Assembly: GCA_035627895.1 (NCBI GenBank)
Contig: DASPKW010000178.1
Coordinates: 5,033-69,032, forward strand
Reading direction: 5' to 3'
Origin: Tepidisphaeraceae bacterium
GTDB taxonomy: Bacteria; Planctomycetota; Phycisphaerae; Tepidisphaerales; Tepidisphaeraceae
Length of the DNA stretch: 64,000 nt
The position numbers and the translations under genes are program-made. The notes beneath the pieces were generated by a model. The model had not been told where the DNA came from. It searched no databases and saw nothing but the letters and a program-made list of their open reading frames with translations. Positions 1-8,332 of the stretch are shown here, in pieces (position 1 is the first letter of the stretch; the number at the start of each line of letters is the position of its first letter).

Positions 1-242
1 GTCGAGGTCTCGGCGAGGAGGGTGGAGCGTTTGTCGGCGTCGCGGAGGACGGAATCGACGGCGGCCTCGACGTCGGCGGTGGTGAACGTGGGCTTCGGAG
101 CGTCCTGCTTAGCCCGGAGCTCGCGGACCTCGGCGCGGAGGGCCTCGATCTCCTGCTGGAGATTGGCGGGCTCGGCGGCGCCGACGACGGACGCCGACCA
201 CGCGAGCGCGGCGGCGGAGATGATCGACTTGCCCTTAGTCAC
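1..242 (-). CDS. hypothetical secreted protein, N-terminal part only (gene runs off the window start)
   Basis: Absent from the ORF track because there is no stop in the window. My own minus-strand translation from GTG at 242 gives VTKGKSIISAAALAWSASVVGAAEPANLQQEIEALRAEVRELRAKQ... The N-terminus is signal-peptide-like. AAGGAG lies at 258-253, 10 nt upstream. Third codon positions are G/C-rich. Confidence 0.4.
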   Translation of the reverse strand, partial: MTKGKSIISAAALAWSASVVGAAEPANLQQEIEALRAEVRELRAKQDAPKPTFTTADVEAAVDSVLRDADKRSTLLAETS

Positions 243-365
243 TGCGTACTGACTCCTTCCGGTGAGCGCCGGCGATATGCGGCGCGGGTTACCTGACCCC
301 TTTGCCCGGCGAACGTTCGCCGGGTCGGGTTGTTAGATTCGATGACGACTGGCGCGCGTCGGGGC

Positions 366-473
366 GCTCGGAGTTCACGCTTCAGCGTGCAAGGGGGGAT
401 CCGTCCGGGCACCGTCGACTCTCGCACATCCCGGCGTGCCCCCCCTTTACACACTAAAGTGTGAACTCCGAGC
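366..473. repeat. 108-bp palindromic MITE/REP-like element, family 1 (arms GCTCGGAGTTCAC..GTG.AAGGGGG)
   Basis: Imperfect inverted arms at 366-398 and 439-473. A second copy of the same family and size lies at 39902-40008. Both copies sit between co-directional minus-strand genes. Confidence 0.8.
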
Positions 474-497
474 AACGCGACCGAACGCGGTCAGCGA

Positions 498-1403
498 TCA
501 CGGCGCCGAGAGTTCCCAGACGCGGTCCCAGTTGGGGGTGCGGTTGGCGACGGGCCCGTGGGTACTCGCGGCGTTCGGGTCCTTGACCGCCTCCACGTCG
601 CCGCGGTCCTTGGTCTCGGCGTGGCCGTCCCAGAAGACGACGTTGATCCGGTCGTTGCGGCCGCTGTGGCGGTAGGCGACGAACGCCGTCTCGTCCTCCC
701 CGTCACGCCGCTCGTCAAACCCGTCCACGCGGAAGTAGTGGGCCGAGTGCTGCGGCTGGAGGTGCGGGGTCATCGCGTCGGCGAACATCAGCTTCTCGGC
801 CGGGTTGCGGACGCGGGTCGCCTTCACGCCGGCGAACTCGGTGGCGGCGTTCCACGTCTTGTCGGCCGGCTGGGTGAAGATCGGCGTGCCGACGTAATTG
901 ACGTGGCGGGCGTTGTAGCCGTAGCTGAAGCCGATGTGCGCGCCTTGGCGGTTGGTCTGCTCGTCGTTCGCCTGGCTGGCGTCGGGGCAGATGAAGCCTT
1001 CGGGGAAGCGCCCGCCGTTGCCGCTGCCGGGGACCCAGTCGGGCATGCCCAGGGCCGAGCGGAAGCCGTTGTTGTTGAACCAGACGGTGCGCTTCTTCGT
1101 GGTCGTGTCGGGCCAGACGTCGTTGTTGTTGCCCTGGATGGGTGGGACGGCCCATCCACGCCAATCAGAGACGTACTGCACCTGGGCCAAGCCGATCGAG
1201 CGGAGGTTCGCGAGGCACTTGGTCGCGTTGGCCGAGCGGCGGGCCTTGGCAAGGGACGGGAGCAGCACCGAAATCAGCACGACGATGATCCCGATGACGA
1301 CGAGGAGTTCGACCAGTGTAAAGGCGCGCCGGACGGCGTAGCGGGCGGGCGAACCGTGCCCCGAACCAGCTTTAAGTCCTTTCCGATAATCATTCTGAGT
1401 CAT
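498..1403 (-). CDS. prepilin-type N-terminal cleavage/methylation domain protein (DUF1559-like pseudopilin)
   Basis: AFTLVELLVVIGIIVVLISVLLPSL is the class III signal/methylation motif. The C-terminal VVFWDGHAE matches the H-X9-DG-type tail typical of planctomycete DUF1559 proteins. Start chosen at internal ATG 1403, with AGGAG 8 nt upstream. Confidence 0.85.
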   Translation of the reverse strand: MTQNDYRKGLKAGSGHGSPARYAVRRAFTLVELLVVIGIIVVLISVLLPSLAKARRSANATKCLANLRSIGLAQVQYVSDWRGWAVPPIQGNNNDVWPDTTTKKRTVWFNNNGFRSALGMPDWVPGSGNGGRFPEGFICPDASQANDEQTNRQGAHIGFSYGYNARHVNYVGTPIFTQPADKTWNAATEFAGVKATRVRNPAEKLMFADAMTPHLQPQHSAHYFRVDGFDERRDGEDETAFVAYRHSGRNDRINVVFWDGHAETKDRGDVEAVKDPNAASTHGPVANRTPNWDRVWELSAP

Positions 1404-1641
1404 TCCTACTTCTCCTACTTGAGTAGGAGGAATATAGGGCAGACCCTGCTGATGGGGCAATTGAAGCGGGAAACGCGCCTAGTGGAATAGACAGGGGCAC
1501 ACGCGCGTCGGGGCGCGGCCCGTCGGGCTCAACAACTTCTGGGCGCCATAGCCATGCGCCAGGGATCCTATCGACGAGGACAGGGCAGTCTGCGTCGCCA
1601 TGCGTTCCGCGAACCGGAATGGCCACTCCCATGCCATCAGA

Positions 1642-3195
1642 TTACCCCTTGCGCTTCGGGTAGAACTCGGTGAACGGCCGCGCGTCGATCACCTGCCCTT
1701 GGTGCCTGAGCATCGCGCGCAGCTTTTCGGCGGGCAGTTGGTGGAGCGGTTTCGCGTCCGCCACACTCATCGCTGCGGCGACACCACAGGCTTGCCCGAG
1801 GATCATCCACACGGGCTCGACGCGGATCGACGAGAACGCGACGTGCGACGACGAGCACGCGACGGGGACGAGAAGGTTGTCGGCGTCGGCGGCCTTGGGG
1901 AGCAGGCTGCGCCACGGAATGTCGAACGGCTGGACGGCCTGATGGATCTCGCCGTCGCCGTGGTACTTGTCGCCGACCTTGGTGACCTCGACGGGGTGGA
2001 CGTCGAGGTACCAGCTACAGACGCCGACCGAGTCGGGCTTGAAGCGGTCGGTGATGCAGTCCTTCTGGGTCATAACGAACTCGCCGACGAGCCGCCGGCC
2101 CTCGCGGACGTAGACGTGCCAGGGCCAGTTGTTGTTGTCGGTGAACTCGTCCTTCGCCAGGCCCCAGCGGGCGACCTCTTCGCGGATCGGCTGGGGGACG
2201 GACGGGTGCGTTTGGCAGAACCAGAGGTAGCCGGCGCTGTGCAGGCGGTGGGCGCGGTCGATGGCGGCGCGGCGGGGGCGGTCGGCGTCGATGTAGTCCC
2301 ACGACTTGCCCGGCCACTCGGCCATGCGCGAGTCGGTCTTGCGGTTGGGCACGCGGTTGATCGGGATGGCGGCCGTGAGCGATCGGGCGGTGGGACGGAT
2401 CTTTGACGCGAGCCAGCCGAAGGCGGCCGGGTCGTAGCCTTCGGGCTCGGTGAAGGGAACGCGATTCTCGGGGTTGTCGGTCAGACAGCAGCGGTAGTCG
2501 AACGGCTGGAGCTTTCGATCCCCCATGCCGGCCTGGTCGGGCGGATAGGTCGCGCCGGCGAGCGATTCGCCGTACGTATCGCGCGACTCGCGACCGAGGT
2601 GGAAAGCGCATTTGGCGAGCGCGAGCAGGTCGCCCTCGTAGCTCGCATCGATGAAGACCTTGCCGGTGAAGCGCCGGCCGCCGACGGTGCGGAGCGCGGT
2701 GATCCGCGGGCCGACCTTCTCGACGGATTCGATGACGAACTCACGGGCGCAAGGAACTTTGAGTTCTCGCAGCCACGCTTCCCAGATCGCCTCGGCGGCG
2801 TGGGGCTCGTGGCGGAAGCCGTTGAGGGCGTCTTTCACTTGCGCGGACCCGGCGCCGTACTTGTCGGTGTAGTACTTGAGTACGCGCGCGTGGAATTCGC
2901 GGGTGATGCCGCCGATCGTCGGGACCTGGCCGGCGTTGGTGTTGCCCAGGCCACTGGTTTGCAGGCCGCCGAGGTGTTTGTCTTCGGTGACGATGATGAT
3001 GCTCAGCCCCGCGCGGGCGGCGGCGACGGCGGCGGTCAGGCCGGCGGGCGTGGAGTCCCAGATGATCACGTCCGCGTCGTCGCGCCGGGGGGCATCCGCG
3101 GCGGGCGCGATCAACGGCGCGATGCTCATCGCGGTCGCGGCACCGAGTAACTCGCGACGTGAAAGTCCGTTCCTCATCATCGTTGCACGCTCCAT
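1642..3195 (-). CDS. FAD-dependent oxidoreductase (FAD_oxidored-like), Tat-signal
   Basis: Twin-arginine leader SRRELLGAATAM. Dinucleotide-binding N-terminus DVIIWDSTPAGLTAAVAAARAGLSIIIVTE...HLGG. Full-length coherent ORF. Confidence 0.8.
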   Translation of the reverse strand: MERATMMRNGLSRRELLGAATAMSIAPLIAPAADAPRRDDADVIIWDSTPAGLTAAVAAARAGLSIIIVTEDKHLGGLQTSGLGNTNAGQVPTIGGITREFHARVLKYYTDKYGAGSAQVKDALNGFRHEPHAAEAIWEAWLRELKVPCAREFVIESVEKVGPRITALRTVGGRRFTGKVFIDASYEGDLLALAKCAFHLGRESRDTYGESLAGATYPPDQAGMGDRKLQPFDYRCCLTDNPENRVPFTEPEGYDPAAFGWLASKIRPTARSLTAAIPINRVPNRKTDSRMAEWPGKSWDYIDADRPRRAAIDRAHRLHSAGYLWFCQTHPSVPQPIREEVARWGLAKDEFTDNNNWPWHVYVREGRRLVGEFVMTQKDCITDRFKPDSVGVCSWYLDVHPVEVTKVGDKYHGDGEIHQAVQPFDIPWRSLLPKAADADNLLVPVACSSSHVAFSSIRVEPVWMILGQACGVAAAMSVADAKPLHQLPAEKLRAMLRHQGQVIDARPFTEFYPKRKG

Positions 3196-3390
3196 CTTCT
3201 AAGAGCCGACTCCCGTAACCCGCGGTCTCGTCCGAAGTAGATACCGCTCCACTCAGTTTTGCGACCATTCCCTGTTTCGATCAATTCTTAGAAGATTTCG
3301 GTTGCATGTTCGGGCGCTATTAGGATAACGTTGCGATCCGACGCGTCCACCGGCGACGCGGGATCGGACGGAACCGATTCCGGAGGGTAC

Positions 3391-4857
3391 ATGGCCTCGG
3401 TCAAGGCATGGAAGGTTCAGGAATCGGGCGAGCCCGCGTTCCCGTCCGACTTCGAGATCGCCCGCAAGGCGGTGCTCCAGGTCACGGACATCAAGACCAA
3501 CCACAATAAGTATTACGCGATCGAGCTGCACCACGCGACCAAGGACGCGGGCGACTTCGCGTTCCGCGTGTTCACGCACTACGGGCGCACGGACGATTTG
3601 GAGAACAACCCGAACGCCGGCCAGAAGGAGTGCCGGTACTACGCGACGATGGCCGAGGCCGACGCGTGCTACCAGACGATCTACCGCGAGAAGACCAACC
3701 CGCGCAAGGGGTACAAAGAGGTCTCGCTCGCGTCGACCAAGATCGGCTCGCACAAGGCCCGCGGCACGAGCGCCGGCGAAGTCGACGCCAAGACGCTCGA
3801 GAAACTCGCCAAGGCGAAGGCCGAGAAGGCCGCCAAGGAGGGCAAGCCCGTCGAGAAGCCCAAGACGCTGGACCTCGCGCCCGGCGTCCAAGACCTGGTC
3901 CGCTACATCTTCTCCGAGGCCACCAGCGCGCTGACGAGCACCGTTGCCGCCAAGATCACCGCCAACGGCATCGAGACGCCGCTCGGCGTGCTGACGATCG
4001 GACAGATCGAAAAGGGCGAGAAGATTTTGCTCGATTTGTACGAACTCTTCGAGAAGAAGAAATCTTCGAGCCTGCGCGGCAAGCTCGAAGAGTTGTCGGG
4101 CGAGTTTTACACGGTGATCCCGCACCGGATCGGGCGGACGCGCGAGGCTGTCGCCGCCGCCGTCATCGACAACATGACCGCGTTCGCCCAGAAGCAGGAA
4201 ACGCTGCAGCTCATGAAGGACATGTTGCAGGTCAACGGCGAAGAAGGGAGCGTGCTGTACGATGCGCAGGTGGACGCGCAGTACCTGTCGCTAGGCGCCG
4301 AGCTCGGCGCGCTGAACGCCGACCATCCGGCGTACCGGCAGATCGCCGACCACGTGATCAATAGCCAAGTGAAGTCGAAGTCGATCAAGGTGCAGAACGT
4401 CTTCACACTGAAGCGGCCGGGCGAGTGGGAGAGCTTCACCGAGAAGATGGACAACCAGCGCCTGCTCTTTCACGGGTCGCGCATCCAGAACTGGGTCGGC
4501 ATCCTGTCGCGCGGGATCCTGATGCCGAAGATCGTGGTGAGCCTTGGCGTGAACCGGACGGACGCCGGGTGGCTCGGGCACGGGATCTACTTCGGCGACG
4601 CGTCGTGCACGTCGGCGTTTTACACGACGCCGGGGAAGAAGAAGACCCGCCTGATGGCCGTCACGCGCGTCGCGCTGGGCAAGATGAAGGACTACACACA
4701 GATCACGTACGGCCTGTCGGCACCGCCCGAGGGGTACGACAGTTGCCACGGCGTGCGGAACACGGCCAAGGCGCCGTCGCAGTTCGCCGACGACGAGTAC
4801 GTCATCTACGACCCCCGGCAGCACCGGCAGGAGTACCTGGTCGAGTTCACGGTGTAA
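3391..4857 (+). CDS. poly(ADP-ribose) polymerase homologue: WGR domain + PARP helical regulatory domain + PARP catalytic domain
   Basis: WGR-like N-terminus (NHNKYYAIELHH...FRVFTHYGRTDD). Helical domain (VQDLVRYIFSE...LGVLTIGQIEKGEKILLDLYE). Catalytic H-Y-E signature (LLFHGSRIQNWVGILSRGI, HGIYFGD, DDEYVIYD). GGAGGG lies just upstream of ATG 3391. Confidence 0.9.
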   Translation: MASVKAWKVQESGEPAFPSDFEIARKAVLQVTDIKTNHNKYYAIELHHATKDAGDFAFRVFTHYGRTDDLENNPNAGQKECRYYATMAEADACYQTIYREKTNPRKGYKEVSLASTKIGSHKARGTSAGEVDAKTLEKLAKAKAEKAAKEGKPVEKPKTLDLAPGVQDLVRYIFSEATSALTSTVAAKITANGIETPLGVLTIGQIEKGEKILLDLYELFEKKKSSSLRGKLEELSGEFYTVIPHRIGRTREAVAAAVIDNMTAFAQKQETLQLMKDMLQVNGEEGSVLYDAQVDAQYLSLGAELGALNADHPAYRQIADHVINSQVKSKSIKVQNVFTLKRPGEWESFTEKMDNQRLLFHGSRIQNWVGILSRGILMPKIVVSLGVNRTDAGWLGHGIYFGDASCTSAFYTTPGKKKTRLMAVTRVALGKMKDYTQITYGLSAPPEGYDSCHGVRNTAKAPSQFADDEYVIYDPRQHRQEYLVEFTV

Positions 4858-4955
4858 CTCCGTGGCACGGGCTACCAGCCGCGTTCAATGTTTCGATCAG
4901 CGCGTCCGTCTTGAGATCACTGAGGTCCACGGGCTGGTAGCCCGTGCCACCGGAG
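4858..4955 (+). promoter_or_regulatory. long-stem hairpin between PARP stop and macrodomain start; the 3' arm plus flank pairs with the macrodomain Shine-Dalgarno
   Basis: Positions 4862-4880 (GTGGCACGGGCTACCAGCC) are perfectly complementary to 4932-4950. CTCC at 4858-4861 can pair with GGAG at 4952-4955 across a 1-nt bulge. The stem starts 1 nt after the PARP stop codon (4855-4857). GGAG lies 5 nt before ATG 4961. Confidence 0.6.
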
Positions 4956-4960
4956 CACTT

Positions 4961-5692
4961 ATGCTGGTCCGCGTAACCCTGGTCGACATCAATCCGAAAA
5001 TGGTCGAGGCCTGGCGATCCACGTTCGAAGCCAACCCGGAGGTCGAGATCGTCAAGGGGTCGATGCTCGAGCAGCCGGTGAGCGCCTGGGTCTCGCCGAC
5101 CAACGCGCGCGGCAGCATGGACGGCGGACTCGACGCCGTCATCAAACGACACCTCGGCCCCGGCATCGAGTCCAACCTCCAGGCGCAGATCATCCGCAAG
5201 TACGGGATGCTGAACCTCCCGGTCGGCCACGCGGTGGCGGTGCCGACGGGTCAGGTGCAGCCGCGCTACCTCATCTCGACCCCGACGATGGTCGGGTCGA
5301 GCGAGGACATCAGCGACTCGATGAACGTCGCCCTGGCGTGCGCGGCCGCGTTCCAAGCCGTCCACATGCAGAACGCCGCCGAGCCGGGGAGCGTCCGGTC
5401 GGTCGCGCTGCCCGGCCTCGGGGCCAACACCGGTCAGGTCCCGGTCGAGATCTGCGCCGACCTGATGTGGACGGCCTACAACCTGTTCCGCGAGCGCGAG
5501 TTCGACGACTTCGGGGCGATGCGCGTCGCGCTGCAGGACATTCTCGGTGACCTCGGCCCGATGGGAACGGTCGGCAAGTCGTCGGCCAGCGGCGGCGTAC
5601 CCAAGAAAGCTAAACCGGCGCCCGCCGTAAGCACCGCGCCGTCCGAGCCTGCGCCGAAGAAGAACGACGAGGACTTCGACGACTTCGGGTAA
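4961..5692 (+). CDS. macrodomain protein (ADP-ribose binding/hydrolase fold) with Lys/Pro-rich, acidic-ended tail
   Basis: Macro motifs VSPTNARGSMDGGLDAVI and VALPGLGANTGQVP. Start at ATG 4961 (MLVRVTLVDIN) preceded by GGAG. The upstream part of ORF 4862-5692 lies inside the hairpin. Confidence 0.85.
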   Translation: MLVRVTLVDINPKMVEAWRSTFEANPEVEIVKGSMLEQPVSAWVSPTNARGSMDGGLDAVIKRHLGPGIESNLQAQIIRKYGMLNLPVGHAVAVPTGQVQPRYLISTPTMVGSSEDISDSMNVALACAAAFQAVHMQNAAEPGSVRSVALPGLGANTGQVPVEICADLMWTAYNLFREREFDDFGAMRVALQDILGDLGPMGTVGKSSASGGVPKKAKPAPAVSTAPSEPAPKKNDEDFDDFG

Positions 5693-5803
5693 GCCGCGAA
5701 GCGTTTGGCCGCCGAATCCGCTCGATTACGCCGGAGGCGGAGCCTCAGGGTAATGCCCCGGATCGAATCGGACAGTTCCCCGCCCGCAACTCTGATCGCT
5801 GCC

Positions 5804-8332
5804 ATGACCCCCGCCCCCCTACGCCTCTTCAACCCGAACGGCCCCGACCGCGTCGCGGTCGTCTGGGTCGAGCCGGCGTACGGGCGGGCCGATGCGTTTC
5901 TCCTCAAACTCGCGCGCGGCCAGCGCAGCGGGCAGCTCGGCACCGGCGCCACCTACGGCCCGTACACCGAGGCCGAACTCGCAATCCCGCATGCGCAACT
6001 CGCCACCGCCCTGCTCCGCGAGGGCTTCCTCCCCGGCGGCGCGCACGGCGCGATGGACCGCCTCAAGTCCCCGGACCCCGCCGTCCGCGGGCGCGCCGCG
6101 ACCCGCCTCGGGTGGGGCGGCCACCCGCACGCCGTCGACGCGCTCCTCGCGCTCCTCCCGACCGCCGTCGACGAGGCGTGCGCGGTCATCGACGCGCTCG
6201 GCCGCCTCGGCGACCCGCGGGCTCTGCCGGCGATCCGCCCTTACGCCGCCCGCAAGCTCCTCTCCCGCCGCCGGTCCGCCGTCGAGGCCATGCGCAACCT
6301 CGGCGACGCCGAGGGCCTGATGCACGCCCGCGCCCGCACACTCGATGAACTTTCCGAGAACGTCCGCGAGGTCCTGATCCCCCTCGAAGGTGGCGAGCCG
6401 ACCGAAAAGGCGGTCTCGGCCATCGTTGAAGCGGTCACCGCCGGCGACCCGAAGCGCCGCGGGCTGACCGCCGACCTTTTGTACGAGCGCGCCACGCCCA
6501 CTGCCGTCCGGGCCGCGGTCGCGATCGTCGACCAGCTCGAGTTCGACCAGCCGTTCGCCTGGCGGTACGTGAAGAGTGTCCTCAAGCGTGCCCTGCTCCG
6601 CGACGACTTCCGCACGTTCGGCTGGCTGATTCATGAGATCGAGACCCGCGGCCGCGTCACCCGTGGCCAGCGCCATAGCGTCAAATCCGGCTACGACGGC
6701 GCCGACCGCCTCACGCTCATATTCGGCGTCCGCACCCGCGACTACCTCCGCCGCGCCACCTGGCGCCATTTGCGGACGATCGCCGCCCACCGCCCGCATC
6801 TCTACTCGGCGGCGGCCGCCGAGGCGCTGATTCACTACGCGCCCACCGACGCCGAGCCGCCGCGCAAGCGCTACGGCGCGTACGCCAGCGCCTACCTGTT
6901 CAACCGCATCCTCTTCGCCGGCGGCGACCGGCTCGAGCTGATCGGCATGAAGTTCCGCTTGCGCAAAGGCACCGCCCTCACCCCGCCGGCCGGGGCGCGC
7001 GAGGAGTCGTTCCCCGCCCTGTGGGACGCTTACCCCCAGGCCTTTGTGCGCGTCCTCGCCGCCGCGCGGACGGTCGAGGCGCAGACCTTCGCCCGTGCCG
7101 GCGTCGCCCGCCACCCGGGCGTCATGTCGGCCGCATCGATCGACGATTTGATCGGCATGCTCGACGCCCCGCACGAGCCCACCGTCTCCCTGGCGATGGC
7201 CGAGATCACTCGCCGGTTCGACCCCGCCAACCCAGACTGGGCCCTGATCGAGCGGCTTACGATGGACCCGCGCAACGCCGTCGCCGACCTCGGCCTCAAC
7301 TTCCTGGCCGACCACGTCGCCGCCTGGGCCAACGACCCCGCGCGCGTCGCCGCGCTCCTCGCCTCCCCCAGCGCCCGCGCCCGGGCCCTCGTCGCCGACC
7401 GCGTCATACTCTGGCTCGGCACGGACCACTCGACCCACGCCGAGCTCGCCGATCGGCTGATCGTCATCCTCCGCTCCCCCGAGCCCGCGCCCGGCCTGCA
7501 CGAGAGCGTCGCCCGCGTCGCCCGAGAGGCGCTGGCCGACGCCCTCTCGGCCCGCCTGTCGACCGACGAACTATTGAAGTGGATCGCGACCGGCTCGCCC
7601 GCGGCGCAAGGCGTCGCCGGCGACCTGCTCGGCCGCCGGCCCGAGGCCGTCGCCGCGCTCGGGCTCGTCGGCGTCGCCGCGCTGGCGCAGCACCCGCTGG
7701 CGGCGGTTCGGAGCGGCGGGATCGCCCTGCTACGGTCGGCGAAGGCGAGTTGGGCGACGGACCCGTCCGTCCTGCTCGTCCTGATCGAGACCGACTGGCG
7801 CGACACCCGCTCCGCTGCCCTCGCCCTGCTCCGCGACCACCTCGACGTCGCCCGCACCGGCCCCGCCGCCCTCCTCGGCATGCTCGACTCGAATCGCACC
7901 GACGTGCAGGACGTCGCGATCGACCTGGCGCGCCAGAACGCGCTGCTCCTCGACCTTCCCGCCATGGCGGCGCGCCTCGTCGAGCACCCGCACCCCCACA
8001 TGCGCCAGTTCACGCTCGAGACGGTCATCGCCCACCTCCCGGCCGGCCCCGCGCCCCTCGCCGGCCTCGAACGCTTCTGCCGCACGATCCTCCTCGACAC
8101 CTGGCCGAGCCGCCGCGAGAAGAACGACCTGATCGCCTTCCTCGGCGAGCGCGGGCTCGCGGGCGAAGAGCAGGCCCGCATCGCCGCGCGCCTGCTCGAC
8201 GAAACGCTCGCCCTCGCGGCCAAGTACGACTTCGAGCGCGCGCTCGCCGCCCTCGCCCGGCTCCGCATGTCCTACCCGCGAATCGAATCCGGCGTGCGCG
8301 TGCCCGAGCTCCAGCCGGGGGGTGCCGCATGA
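5804..8332 (+). CDS. large HEAT/ARM-repeat protein (retron accessory ARM-like candidate)
   Basis: Repeated PBS-lyase/HEAT-like units (DPAVRGRAATRLGWGGHPHAVDALLALL, DALGRLGDPRALPAIRP, RRSAVEAMRNLGD and others further along the protein). Alpha-helical, Leu/Ala-rich throughout. Stop overlaps the next start (ATGA at 8329-8332). The start is uncertain: 5804, 5753 or 5705. Confidence 0.8.
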   Translation: MTPAPLRLFNPNGPDRVAVVWVEPAYGRADAFLLKLARGQRSGQLGTGATYGPYTEAELAIPHAQLATALLREGFLPGGAHGAMDRLKSPDPAVRGRAATRLGWGGHPHAVDALLALLPTAVDEACAVIDALGRLGDPRALPAIRPYAARKLLSRRRSAVEAMRNLGDAEGLMHARARTLDELSENVREVLIPLEGGEPTEKAVSAIVEAVTAGDPKRRGLTADLLYERATPTAVRAAVAIVDQLEFDQPFAWRYVKSVLKRALLRDDFRTFGWLIHEIETRGRVTRGQRHSVKSGYDGADRLTLIFGVRTRDYLRRATWRHLRTIAAHRPHLYSAAAAEALIHYAPTDAEPPRKRYGAYASAYLFNRILFAGGDRLELIGMKFRLRKGTALTPPAGAREESFPALWDAYPQAFVRVLAAARTVEAQTFARAGVARHPGVMSAASIDDLIGMLDAPHEPTVSLAMAEITRRFDPANPDWALIERLTMDPRNAVADLGLNFLADHVAAWANDPARVAALLASPSARARALVADRVILWLGTDHSTHAELADRLIVILRSPEPAPGLHESVARVAREALADALSARLSTDELLKWIATGSPAAQGVAGDLLGRRPEAVAALGLVGVAALAQHPLAAVRSGGIALLRSAKASWATDPSVLLVLIETDWRDTRSAALALLRDHLDVARTGPAALLGMLDSNRTDVQDVAIDLARQNALLLDLPAMAARLVEHPHPHMRQFTLETVIAHLPAGPAPLAGLERFCRTILLDTWPSRREKNDLIAFLGERGLAGEEQARIAARLLDETLALAAKYDFERALAALARLRMSYPRIESGVRVPELQPGGAA

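Noticed and set aside
3194-3296. The 11-bp inverted repeat ATCTTCTAAGA / TCTTAGAAGAT in the divergent region upstream of the PARP operon, and a putative TTGCAT/-10 pair.
   Set aside because: The repeat is short and one arm overlaps the oxidoreductase start codon. The promoter-like hexamers have poor spacing. The evidence is insufficient to call an operator or promoter.
7021-8328. The N-terminal 436 codons of the 1004-aa ORF 7021-10035.
   Set aside because: The stretch is Arg/Pro/Gly-dominated and low-complexity, and it overlaps the HEAT-repeat gene out of frame. The protein-like sequence begins at ATG 8329, which overlaps the HEAT stop (ATGA).
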